A DNA stretch of 64,000 nucleotides from Candidatus Latescibacterota bacterium. GTDB lineage: Bacteria > Latescibacterota > UBA2968 > GCA-2709665. The translations under genes were made by a program, and so were the position numbers. The stretch covers positions 4,000,001-4,064,000 of the forward strand of contig OZ244744.1 in the NCBI GenBank assembly GCA_965219455.1. Direction: 5' to 3'. This document shows positions 8,209 to 17,638 of the stretch, one piece after another (position 1 is the stretch's first letter; every line of letters starts with the position of its first letter). The notes beneath the pieces are model-generated. The model was not told the origin of the DNA, did no database searches, and saw only the letters and a list, made by a program, of their open reading frames with translations.

Positions 8209-11200
8209 ATGATCCCCAAATCCATATTTAAAAAATACTTGAAGGACCTAGCATCGGTTGCCGGCCACGGCGACGCGCGGGAGGAGAGTTTCTACCCTGC
8301 GCTTGAGGAAATGTTAAGCGGAATAGCCGTTGCGACCGGCAAAAAGCACGTACATGTCACCACGCTTCCCAAGCCCACGGAGGGTGGGAACCCGGATTTC
8401 CGCCTTTGGAACGGTACGGACCGAATCATCGGTTATATCGAGGCCAAGAAGCCGACCGAAGAACGGCTGAAAGATGTTGAAGAAACTGAGCAACTTCAAC
8501 GTTATCTCAATACGTTTCCGAATCTCATTCTCACCAACTTCCTGGAATTTCGATTGTACCGCAATGGCAAACCCGTAGTAGATAGCGTGAGCGTGGGCCG
8601 ACCCTTGATGCTTAACAGGGTGGGCGTCGCGCCTCCGCTTGAGAATGAACACGATCTTTACGACCTCCTGAATCGATTCCTCGATTTCGCGCTGCCCCGC
8701 ACGTTTACAGCCGAAATCCTCGCCGATGAACTCGCCAATCGGACACGCCACCTCCGAAGTGTCATCGGGGACCAGTTCGAAGAGGATACAGGTGGTATGC
8801 TTGCTGGCTTCTTCGAGGCATTTCGGACCCATTTAATTGGTTCTTTGACGCCCGGACAATTCGCCGATCTGTTCGCCCAGACAATCACGTACGGCCTATT
8901 CGCTGCTCGCATCCGTGCTTTGGACGGTTTCAACCGGCGCGCCGCGTTCGATAGTATACCCCACACCATCGGCGTCTTGCGGGACCTTTTTCGCTATATT
9001 TCACTTGGCGATTTGCCTGATCAGCTCGCGTGGTGTGTAGACGATCTCGCCGAAGTCCTTGCCGTGGCTGATGCGCCCGGTATTCTCAATGAATATTACC
9101 GAGAGGGCAGAGGCAGCGATCCGATTGTGCATTTCTACGAGACCTTTCTGGCGAAATATGATCCCGAGGTGCGCGAACGCCGCGGGGTGTATTACACGCC
9201 GGAACCGGTGGTCGGTTACATAGTTCGATCGCTCCACGGACTTCTGAAGACTGAGTTTGGCATGGGCGACGGTCTGGCCTCTGGCCGCGTCACCCTGCTC
9301 GACCCGGCCGCAGGCACCATGACCTTTGTGGCTCAAGCCGCCAAACAGGCTGTCGCCGAATTCGAGTCCAAGTATGGTAGTGGGGGATCGGAGGACTTCA
9401 TACGTACTCGTATCTTGAAGAATTTTTTCGCTTTCGAACTGATGATGGCGCCCTATGCGGTGGGTCACCTGAAGATGAGTTTCCTGCTGGAAGAGCTCGG
9501 CCATCGACTCGCCGACGACGAACGCATGCCTTTCTATCTCACCAATACCCTCGACTGGGAGAAACTGGAACAGAGTCGTCTCCCTGGCCTCTCGGCCTTG
9601 GCAGAAGAATCTCGCCTGGCCGGCGATGTCAAGAGGCAGAGACCGATCCTTCTCATTCTTGGAAATCCGCCTTACTCCGGCCATTCGAGCAACAAGGGTG
9701 ACTGGATACGTAAGTTGATCGACGAGTACAAGAAGGTCGACGGAATACCCCTGGGTGAGGCAAATCCGAAGTGGCTTCAGGACGACTATGTCAAGTTCCT
9801 CCGGTTTGCCCAATGGAAGATCGAACAGGGAGGGCGCGGCATTGTCGGTATGATCACCAACCACGGTTACCTGGATAATCCCACTTTCCGAGGCATGCGC
9901 AAGAGCCTGATGGACACCTTTGACGACATATATATCCTCGACCTGCATGGCAATTCGCTGAAGAAGGAGACCTGCCCGGACGGTAGCCCTGACAAGAACG
10001 TCTTCGATATCCGGCAGGGCGTGGCCATTGCCTTTTTTATCAAGCGTGGCGAGGAACAAGGACGCGATGGCCAGATTCATCACGCCGATCTATATGGCGC
10101 CCGTGAGTCTAAGTACGACTGGCTGGACGGCCACGACAACGGTACCACTGAATGGCAAGTAGTCAATCCCGTGTCGCCGCACTATCTGTTCGTGCCCCGC
10201 GATGAAAGTCTGGAAGCCGGTTATCGCGTCTTCAGTGGTATTCCTGAAATATTCCCAATAAAAAGTGTCGGCATCGTAACAGCGCGTGACCACCTGACGA
10301 TTCGCTGGTCGGATCAGGAGGTATGGAGTACCGTCCGTACATTTTCCGGAATGGAACCTGAATTGGCCAGAGAAGCCTACGAACTCGGCAAGGATGCGAG
10401 GGACTGGCAGGTGAAATTGGCGCAAGTTGACTTGCGGGAACGCGGGCTAACTCAGGACGATATCTTCCCGATTCTCTACCGGCCATTTGACGTCCGGTAC
10501 ACGTATTACACCGGTCAGTCACGGGGATTCCTCTGTATGCCACGCAGGGAGGTAATGCGACACATGCTGAACGGAAAAAATCTAGCACTTCATACTTGCC
10601 GGCAAATAGTCAGCGAAAAGTGGGAACATTGCTTGGTAACCAACGGGATCACTGATGATTGTTACGTTTCCAACAGGACCAGGGAGCGCGGATATGCGCA
10701 TCCTCTCTACCTAAGTCTTATCGACGACAGCGACGACCCACGCGCCTACCAAGAGAGACGGGCAAACATAGACTCAAGGATACAAAGCGTACTGAAAGAT
10801 GCACATGGGGAAACGCTAACGCCTGAAGATATTTTCCACTATATCTACGCCATTCTGTATGCACCAGTTTACCGCGAAAAATACGCCGAGTTTCTGCGGA
10901 GGGAGTTTCCGCGCGTTCCGTTCACAAGTGACCGGGAGTTGTTTGACGAGATCGCGAGCCTTGGGGCACGTTTGACCGAACTGCATCTTCTTACTTCGCC
11001 CGAACTCGACGCTCCGACCTGTCGGTTTCCAGTACAAGGGGAAATGAACGTAGCTAAAACGAAGGCGCAGGGTTTTCGCTATGATCCCAACACACAACGC
11101 ATGTACATCAACAAAACACAGTTTTTCGGCCCTATCTCCGAGGAAATTTACCGATACCGCATTGGCGGCTACCAGGTTTGCGACAAGTGGCTGAAGGATC

Positions 11201-11346
11201 GCAAAGAACGACGGCTTAAACTTGAAGATATCCAGACATACTGCCGGATCGTGACGGCAATTGGCCATACGATACGGATACAAGAGCAACTTGACGATCT
11301 GTATCCCGAAGTAGAAAAGGATCTGGTGTCGATCCCGGCGGAATGA
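8209..11346 (+). CDS. Single-chain restriction-modification enzyme (type IIG/IIL-like; N6-adenine MTase with type ISP-like C-terminal specificity domain)
   Basis: N-terminal PD..EAK nuclease (PDFRL...YIEAKKP); GVYYTP; motif I LLDPAAGT; motif IV GNPPY; YRPFD and IGGYQV..KWLKDRK C-terminal motifs; no helicase motifs seen. Confidence 0.85.
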   Translation: MIPKSIFKKYLKDLASVAGHGDAREESFYPALEEMLSGIAVATGKKHVHVTTLPKPTEGGNPDFRLWNGTDRIIGYIEAKKPTEERLKDVEETEQLQRYLNTFPNLILTNFLEFRLYRNGKPVVDSVSVGRPLMLNRVGVAPPLENEHDLYDLLNRFLDFALPRTFTAEILADELANRTRHLRSVIGDQFEEDTGGMLAGFFEAFRTHLIGSLTPGQFADLFAQTITYGLFAARIRALDGFNRRAAFDSIPHTIGVLRDLFRYISLGDLPDQLAWCVDDLAEVLAVADAPGILNEYYREGRGSDPIVHFYETFLAKYDPEVRERRGVYYTPEPVVGYIVRSLHGLLKTEFGMGDGLASGRVTLLDPAAGTMTFVAQAAKQAVAEFESKYGSGGSEDFIRTRILKNFFAFELMMAPYAVGHLKMSFLLEELGHRLADDERMPFYLTNTLDWEKLEQSRLPGLSALAEESRLAGDVKRQRPILLILGNPPYSGHSSNKGDWIRKLIDEYKKVDGIPLGEANPKWLQDDYVKFLRFAQWKIEQGGRGIVGMITNHGYLDNPTFRGMRKSLMDTFDDIYILDLHGNSLKKETCPDGSPDKNVFDIRQGVAIAFFIKRGEEQGRDGQIHHADLYGARESKYDWLDGHDNGTTEWQVVNPVSPHYLFVPRDESLEAGYRVFSGIPEIFPIKSVGIVTARDHLTIRWSDQEVWSTVRTFSGMEPELAREAYELGKDARDWQVKLAQVDLRERGLTQDDIFPILYRPFDVRYTYYTGQSRGFLCMPRREVMRHMLNGKNLALHTCRQIVSEKWEHCLVTNGITDDCYVSNRTRERGYAHPLYLSLIDDSDDPRAYQERRANIDSRIQSVLKDAHGETLTPEDIFHYIYAILYAPVYREKYAEFLRREFPRVPFTSDRELFDEIASLGARLTELHLLTSPELDAPTCRFPVQGEMNVAKTKAQGFRYDPNTQRMYINKTQFFGPISEEIYRYRIGGYQVCDKWLKDRKERRLKLEDIQTYCRIVTAIGHTIRIQEQLDDLYPEVEKDLVSIPAE

Positions 11347-11395
11347 CGAGAAAAGAAACCTGACACATTAACGCGACCTTGTATATGGAAGCACG

Positions 11396-11441
11396 ACGCG
11401 GTGGGCAAACCCACACTCTGAGCGGGTGTCCACCGCGTTTC
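11396..11441 (+). terminator. GC-rich hairpin after the RM gene, possible terminator
   Basis: ACGCGGTGG (11396-11404) pairs with CCACCGCGT (11430-11438), followed by a short T run. Confidence 0.35.
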
Positions 11442-11547
11442 AACTTTTCGATCCGTCGATATTTGGATACACATTAGAGGAGTGTAAAGTTGACGAGTCG
11501 GTTCGCCACAATTCATCTGGACGACTGGATAACCGAATTGAAAGCCC

Positions 11548-11576
11548 TTGACAACTTGTAGTCAATTGACTACAAT
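11548..11576 (+). promoter_or_regulatory. Sigma-70 promoter with overlapping 20-bp palindromic operator
   Basis: TTGACA-17-TACAAT; perfect palindrome TTGTAGTCAATTGACTACAA at 11556-11575. Confidence 0.8.
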
Positions 11577-11584
11577 AACATTTA

Positions 11585-11923
11585 ATGATTAGGGTTCTAC
11601 ATTACGTTTCGGAAAGCGGTATTGATTATTTCGATGCGTGGTTTCGTAAACAAAGTCCCGAGACCCGCGCTAGGGTCCAAACTCGCATCGATCGAGTGGA
11701 ATTGGGAAATTTCGGTGATCATGGAGGCGTGGGAAGCGGAGTATTCGAGCTACGTTTCGACTTTGGGCCTGGGTTTAGGGTTTATTATGGCCGCGATGGT
11801 GACGAACTCGTGATTTTATGCGGCGGCCGGACGAAGAAGCGTCAAACCCGGGACATTGCAAACGCCAGCATTCGTTGGAAAGCGCACAAACAGGAGAAAC
11901 GAAATGCCCGTGAGAGAACATAA
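11585..11923 (+). CDS. RelE/ParE-family addiction module killer toxin (HI1419-like)
   Basis: RIDRVELGNFGD..GVG.GVFELRFDFGPGFRVYYG motif. Confidence 0.88.
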   Translation: MIRVLHYVSESGIDYFDAWFRKQSPETRARVQTRIDRVELGNFGDHGGVGSGVFELRFDFGPGFRVYYGRDGDELVILCGGRTKKRQTRDIANASIRWKAHKQEKRNARERT

Positions 11924-12188
11924 GGCCAGCGACTATCTCAAGACGCCCGAGGACGCCGCCGCTTATCTGAACGCGGCGATAGAGGAAATGGGCGACGATC
12001 CACGCTTGCTCATGAAGGCGTTTCGGAACGTTGCTGAGGCGCGGGGTGGCGTGTCCGCGCTTGCGCGTCGGGCCAAACTCGATCGCGTGGCTCTTTCTCG
12101 AGCACTTTCCGGTCAACGAAATCCGCGTCTCGATACCCTCGCGAAAGTGTCCGCGGCTTGCGGCATCAAGCTCCGTTTCTCGGCGTAA
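11904..12188 (+). CDS. Addiction module antidote (HI1420-like XRE-HTH), copy 1
   Basis: YLKTPEDAAAYLNAA...GGVSALA...LSRALSG..NPRLDTL; overlaps the toxin 3' end. Confidence 0.88.
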   Translation: MPVREHKASDYLKTPEDAAAYLNAAIEEMGDDPRLLMKAFRNVAEARGGVSALARRAKLDRVALSRALSGQRNPRLDTLAKVSAACGIKLRFSA

Positions 12189-12316
12189 CGCAGAATAGCA
12201 AAACAATATCGATTGAGTGACGGAGAAGGCACAACCCAAACAACAAAAGCCATGTGCTTGTAACAGAACGTTTCAGATTTTATCGTGTGACGGCGCGGCG
12301 TTAACAGGTGTATTCT

Positions 12317-13411
12317 ATGGAAAAATCATTGGTGATTCGGGAATTGCAGACGGAACTCGACAGGGACCTTGCCCAGCGTGAAGCCTCTGCTCAAGAGTTA
12401 TCTCGAGTGCTCCTGGAAAAAATCGAAGAACGAAATCCACAACTTATGGATCTAAAGGTCGAGGCAATTCACGAGATTAGAGTAAACATGGTATTTGGGG
12501 ACTCACCGGTTGAGGGGGTTCTGCTGAAATATCTTCAGGAAGAACGAACGCGCATTTGTAGCGAGATTTGTTCCCATGTGGAGGAGAGCACAGGTCGACC
12601 AATCAGTATTGGCGAAATAGACAGCGTCCTTGCCTTACCCTTGTGTGAGATCGAAAGGCTTGATCAACTGGTTGACAGAGCTAAGGTCGTTGACGTGGTA
12701 CGGCGTGGCCTCCTTAACCGTATTTACAAGAATATCCCCATGGCGCAAACAATGCGTCCGAACATTCAGATTTGCATCTACGTTCCTGCCAACAGTGGAG
12801 CACGAATATTCGTTTATGCCGAGTCACTCGGCAGCGTCATCGCAGACGAAGTCATAGAACTGCCGACCGTTACACTTGACACAAATGTGGTAAGAGAATG
12901 GTGGGATTGCAGAGGTAAAGTTGACCTCGTGGAAAAGCTACTGGAACTCAGCAACAGTCTCAAGATCGATCTTGCAGTCACAGGCAGGATCCGGGATGAT
13001 GTTCCTCTCCAACCCTTGGCTGGCAAGATAAACGACCTTTCGAATTTAACCATTGACGAGATTGGATCTGTAATTCGCTTTTCCCACTGGAAAGCAGGTC
13101 GAGACGTTGCAGGAACACAAGAGTTTGAGAATTTTCGTTACTCACCCGCCATTGTCAATAAGCTTGAAAAAATGAACGAAAAAAGACGACCAGACTGGCG
13201 TGACTGGGATCACCTGCACACTCACTTTAGATACGGGAGAGATTACTTTCTTACATGGGATAAAGGGATTCTTGATTTTTCCGATGAACTGAAAAGCCAG
13301 TTGGGGATTAATGTCATGGAACCTGAAAGGTTTCTTTCTCGCAAACAATATCTGCCGAAATGGGCGAAGAAACAGGGCTCTTGCAGTTACCCCGGTGAGC
13401 AACTCATTTAG
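12317..13411 (+). CDS. Hypothetical protein with C-terminal PIN-like nuclease domain
   Basis: VTLDTNVV ... DWDHL ... DYFLTWDKGIL acidic PIN pattern; helical N-terminal half not recognised. Confidence 0.6.
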   Translation: MEKSLVIRELQTELDRDLAQREASAQELSRVLLEKIEERNPQLMDLKVEAIHEIRVNMVFGDSPVEGVLLKYLQEERTRICSEICSHVEESTGRPISIGEIDSVLALPLCEIERLDQLVDRAKVVDVVRRGLLNRIYKNIPMAQTMRPNIQICIYVPANSGARIFVYAESLGSVIADEVIELPTVTLDTNVVREWWDCRGKVDLVEKLLELSNSLKIDLAVTGRIRDDVPLQPLAGKINDLSNLTIDEIGSVIRFSHWKAGRDVAGTQEFENFRYSPAIVNKLEKMNEKRRPDWRDWDHLHTHFRYGRDYFLTWDKGILDFSDELKSQLGINVMEPERFLSRKQYLPKWAKKQGSCSYPGEQLI

Positions 13412-13494
13412 GGCATCACGCCGCAGTTTTCTGCGTAAGATGCTCGATGGCGGTTTGACGAGCACAGCGATAAATCAAATGGAGGATGCGACGG

Positions 13495-13722
13495 ATGGAC
13501 GAAGTCCTGACTGTTGCCCAGATACACACGAAGTTTTCCTCAGAGTGGGTCCTCATCGAAGCCCCGCAGACCAACGATGCCCTGGAAGTGCAAGGTGGCA
13601 GGGTTCGCTGGCACAGCAAGGATCGGGAGGAAGTCTATCGCAAGGCAGTGACGTTGCGGCCTGCACGGTTTGCCATTTTGTACACCGGCAAGATGCCTGA
13701 GGACACGGCGATCGTTCTATGA
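13495..13722 (+). CDS. DUF5678-like small protein (partner of retropepsin)
   Basis: F..EWVLI...G.V..HSKDREEVYR..; RBS GGAGG; ATGA overlap with the protease gene. Confidence 0.6.
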   Translation: MDEVLTVAQIHTKFSSEWVLIEAPQTNDALEVQGGRVRWHSKDREEVYRKAVTLRPARFAILYTGKMPEDTAIVL

Positions 13723-14041
13723 GTTTCCCGTTCTATCCAAACCGGGGCTTGATCATCGTGTCCGCCGAGTTGTGGGGGCCCAGTGGTAGTGCGGTTCTAC
13801 GCCTTGCGCTCGACACCGGCGCGACCGGTACGTTAGTGAATGTAGGGATGCTCGTTGCACTCGGTTACGATCCGGCAATGGCCCCGGATCGTGTTCAGGT
13901 GACGACAGGCAGCGGGGTCGAATTCGTTCCCCTCGTCATATTGGACGGGATCAGAGCCCTGGGAAGGAAGACTGCTAATTTTCCAGTATTGGGTCATACC
14001 TTGCCGCCGAGTGCTGGCGTCGACGGTCTTCTTGGGCTAGA

Positions 14042-15928
14042 CCTAAAATAAGCGAGTATTGGTGTTTGGTGAACAGAATTGCAGATTTGTGCGACGTTGT
14101 GGTTGAATGACGTATGTGTGTTGTCTATTGAGGTGCGCGGGAGGTCGTTTTGAGGTTTGTGGAGTGTAAGTTGGTGTGGTAAAGCGCAGCGTTAGGGGTG
14201 TGTTGTTGGTGTCTGGTTGTGGTGTAGGCGTATTTGTCCGTTACGTCGCCGTGGGCGTCGTGGATCCCGTGGTATGTGATGACGGTTCGTGCGGGTGTCA
14301 TGTGAAGCCGGTGCGTTCGATGGTAGCCCAGGCGCTCAAGAGTCTATTCAGTGACGGCTGATAGCCGATGATGCGCACGGTGGTGCTTCGGGCGTGTCGC
14401 ACGACACGACAGGGAAAAAGGATGATGTGTGAGAGGAAGGTCCGGAAGTCCATACGGATATAGTGTCGGCGGTGTTTTTTTCGATGCATCATCAAGGCAA
14501 ACCACGCCTTGATGTTCCAGGCCAGCGCGGCGATGACCATGTAGGCCCAGTTGCTGATCAAGTCATACAAGGGCACGCGCAGGGCATTGACGCCGTTCTT
14601 GAGCTGTTCGATGACGTTTTCCTGGTCGCATCGTTTGTTGGCAGCAAAGACGACCTCGGCGGGCGTCAGGTCGTCGCGCGTGGTGATGTAGAAGAAATAG
14701 CGGATTTCGTCGAAGAGGGTCTGCTCACCTTTGGCCTTACTGATGTTTTTTCGCAGCGCCACAACGCGGTAGGGGCGTTTGCACTTGCCGGGCTGGTAGT
14801 CAAACTCGGCCACGTCTTCGAAGTTCAGCGCCAGCTTGAGGTAGCCCCGCGCCTTGACGATACGCTGCTTCTCATTGTCGCGCCGCTGCCTTTTCTGGGG
14901 CGCGTGAGGTCGGTGCAGGCGCTGCCAGTTGGCTTCGTCAAGGGCCTTGGCCCGTGTTCGTAAGGCGTCATTGCAGTCCATCCCGAAGATGAAATCGACG
15001 TCCTTTGCCCAGCGATCGAGGTGAGCCGTAAGCGAAAAGTCCGTGTCGCCGCGTAGGCACACGCGCTTGGCGTGGGGCTTCACCACCCGGATGGACGCAT
15101 CGATCCAGGGGGCGGCCCCCTGGTGAGAAGACGCGTTGCCCGGACGGTTGACGATATACAGCACCTCTTTGGTATTGGCCAACGATACGATCAGGGGCGC
15201 ATACCCCCACACGCCCTTGTAGGAGATGTCCATGCCGCCCTTCTTCTCCCCATACGTTGGGGCGCTTGTGCCATCCACGTCGATGTACGCTACCGAAGAA
15301 AGCAAACTGGCGGCCCGCGTGCGCCACAACTTAGACCGTACCGCGTTAATGCAGTCCATCAGCCCGATCACGTCAGCTTCCGTGAAGCGACGCGTAAAGT
15401 CGCCCGCAGTCGTCGGGTCCGGGATCAGCTTCGCGTTCAACGCATTCATGTAGGCCTCGTCGTGCCGCAAACGCTCGATGTCTTCCAGACGCGTGCCACC
15501 GCACATCACGTTGTAGGCAAGGTTCAACACGTGATCCGACTCATGATACGGCAGATGAACCTTCAACAACTTCAACTTCTCGTCTATCTCTTCGACCAAT
15601 CCCAATTTGGTCACCAGACGATGCACGGCCGCAATGCCACCGCAGCTCATCGCTGCTGCTTGCGCGCTGACCTCGTAATGCACATAGGTGCTGCCAAACA
15701 TCGGCTTGCCTTGTGCACAAAAACGACCGCCAAGCTTTTGCCGAGTACGTACCTTGCGCCCACAATTAACACTGTTCCTGCGGCTTTCTTTTACCGATAT
15801 TCTCTTCACCGGAAAGACCCCCTTCGTTGGTGTATCAACAGACTGTCTGATACTTCTAACTCCAACTAAGATAAGTCTTTCCGGTACTTTTGTACATAAA
15901 AATCTCAAAAAACCCGCTTAATTAGAGG
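14042..15928 (-). mobile_element. Complete IS1380-family insertion sequence
   Basis: Imperfect terminal IRs CCTAAAATAAGCGAGT and (reverse complement) CCTCTAATTAAGCGGGT; 5-bp direct repeat CTAGA at 14037-14041 and 15929-15933. Confidence 0.88.
14298..15809 (-). CDS. IS1380-family DDE transposase
   Basis: IPDPTTAGDF, IDVDGT, LRGDTDF and R..QENVIEQLK motifs; GTG at 15809 preceded by a G-rich RBS. Confidence 0.9.
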   Translation of the reverse strand: MKRISVKESRRNSVNCGRKVRTRQKLGGRFCAQGKPMFGSTYVHYEVSAQAAAMSCGGIAAVHRLVTKLGLVEEIDEKLKLLKVHLPYHESDHVLNLAYNVMCGGTRLEDIERLRHDEAYMNALNAKLIPDPTTAGDFTRRFTEADVIGLMDCINAVRSKLWRTRAASLLSSVAYIDVDGTSAPTYGEKKGGMDISYKGVWGYAPLIVSLANTKEVLYIVNRPGNASSHQGAAPWIDASIRVVKPHAKRVCLRGDTDFSLTAHLDRWAKDVDFIFGMDCNDALRTRAKALDEANWQRLHRPHAPQKRQRRDNEKQRIVKARGYLKLALNFEDVAEFDYQPGKCKRPYRVVALRKNISKAKGEQTLFDEIRYFFYITTRDDLTPAEVVFAANKRCDQENVIEQLKNGVNALRVPLYDLISNWAYMVIAALAWNIKAWFALMMHRKKHRRHYIRMDFRTFLSHIILFPCRVVRHARSTTVRIIGYQPSLNRLLSAWATIERTGFT

Positions 15929-16141
15929 CTAGACTTCATTCGCCGGTTGAGCTTGACAATTGATTTTCGAAATGGACAGATAGCGCTTACCTGACCCGCT
16001 CACAGTTCCATCGTAGTCTACGCACATGAAATTGGCGGCTTTCATTTATGCACAAAATGGTTGAGAAAATGTAAAAGCCCTATTGACTCAAACTCGACGA
16101 TACTCGGAGTTCAGAGCATCTACTCGCAAGTAGAGCATTCC

Positions 16142-17061
16142 ATGTCTGACCGAGCCCGCTGTGAAATCTGCATGAGAGCCGCAAAGACGCTAACGTCGCT
16201 TGGATTTGACGGAATTCATCAGTAGAGTGAGGGTTGTGGGGAATTTAAGCTGACAAGAACTTCCCGCTCGCTCCTTACGGGACTTGATGCGGTGGTACGG
16301 GCAAAGATTGCGGGCTGGGTGTACGATCAGAACAGGTCCGAGACGATCCCAACAATTTCAAGTGATGTGCTAGAGAACGTATCGGCTCGTTCCCTGCCGA
16401 CTTTTGCCGAACGTGCGAATCGCCTGTTGCTTGAAGCGTTGCGTGGTCAGGAACTAATGGGTGCTGGATTCCACATTGAAGATCCGCGGTTTCTCGCAGC
16501 CACATACTCCCACAACCTCGCTGACATTGGTTTTTTGTTGGAAATGTTAGAGGGCGAACGTTTGGCGGAGACGGTTACTGTTGACGGCGTTTACCGAATC
16601 CTTCCGCGTGGGCACATTGCCGCGGACGAATTGTCACGTAGAGGTGTGCAATCCGATAAAGGGTTCGTTGCCATGTCGATTGACCAAGATTTAAGGCCTG
16701 CATACGAAAAGGGGTTCCAAGTCGGCATCCTGAACGCGGGTTATGACCCTGTTCGAGTGGACCGGTTAGAGCATGTGAATCGCATTGATGATGAGATTAT
16801 CGCACAGATTAGGGCGGCGTCTTTCGTTGTCGCGGATTTCACCAAGCATCGAGGCGGAGTTTACTTCGAGGCAGGATTCGCCCTTAGTCTAAACCTACCG
16901 CTATATGGACTTGCAGGAAGAATGACCTGAATGGCCTACACTTCGACATTCGACAGTACAATACCATTGATTGGCAAGAAACTGCGGAGCTTGCCGAACG
17001 ACTCTGTTACCGCATCGAAGCGACAGTTGGAAAGGGTCCGAAAGCAGTTTTGGGCATTTAA
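16142..17061 (+). pseudogene. Degraded nucleoside 2-deoxyribosyltransferase/TIR-like protein with N-terminal Cys motif
   Basis: ATG 16142 is in frame with the 16292 ORF but has TAG at 16223. FVAMS, VVADFT..RGGVYFEAG motifs; a frameshift near 16901 continues IWTCRK..LHFDIRQYNTI to TAA 17061. Confidence 0.75.
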
Positions 17062-17220
17062 ACACGCACGATTGCCAGTTTCCGTTATTCCGTTAATGAT
17101 GTGAACAAGGGCGCCTCCCCTGATAGCCCTATTGACACCGGTGGAATACGGTAAATTTTGGATCTCAGACGGGATCGTTAGTATGTGTCAATTGATCTCC
17201 CTTGCAATGTTGAATTTGCC

Positions 17221-17323
17221 TGGCGAGGGGACGATGAAGCATCAAGCATGGCACATTGCGGCGGCTCAAACCTGCTGGAAAGCCAACGGACAGGAGAAGC
17301 GAATTGCCCGTGAGAGAACATAA
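17221..17323 (+). pseudogene. 3' remnant of RelE-family killer toxin
   Basis: GEGTMKHQAWHIAAAQTCWKANGQEKRIARERT aligns with the toxin C-terminus GGRTKKRQTRDIANASIRWKAHKQEKRNARERT. Confidence 0.7.
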
Positions 17324-17588
17324 GGCCAGCGATCATCTCAAGACGCCCGAGGACGCCGCCGCTTATCTGAACGCGGCGATAGAGGAAATGGGCGATGATC
17401 CACGCTTGCTCATGAAGGCGTTTCGGAACGTTGCTGAGACGCCGGGTGGCGTGTCCGAGCTTACGCGCCGGGCAAAGCTGGATCGCGTAGCCCTTTCTCG
17501 AGCTCTTTCCGGTCAACGAAATCCACGACTCGATACGCTCGCAAAAGTCTCCGCCGCTTGCGGTATCAAGATGCGTTTCTCGGCGTAG
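17304..17588 (+). CDS. Addiction module antidote, copy 2 (TTG start)
   Basis: Near-identical to 11904-12188; the start codon is TTG in place of ATG. Confidence 0.8.
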   Translation: MPVREHKASDHLKTPEDAAAYLNAAIEEMGDDPRLLMKAFRNVAETPGGVSELTRRAKLDRVALSRALSGQRNPRLDTLAKVSAACGIKMRFSA

Positions 17589-17638
17589 GCCGCAATGCGG
17601 TGTAGCAATCAAGACCCGTGGAAGCCCGGAGGTGAATT

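Larger units (their letters stand above)
13719..15994 (+). pseudogene. Clan AA retropepsin-like aspartic protease interrupted by IS1380
   Basis: ALDTGAT catalytic motif and DGLLGLD. Removing 14042-15933 restores ...LLGLDFIRRLSLTIDFRNGQIALT* with TGA at 15992-15994. Confidence 0.85.

Noticed and set aside
16223-16225. In-frame TAG as pyrrolysine or readthrough
   Set aside because: The same gene also has a frameshift, so decay is the simpler explanation.
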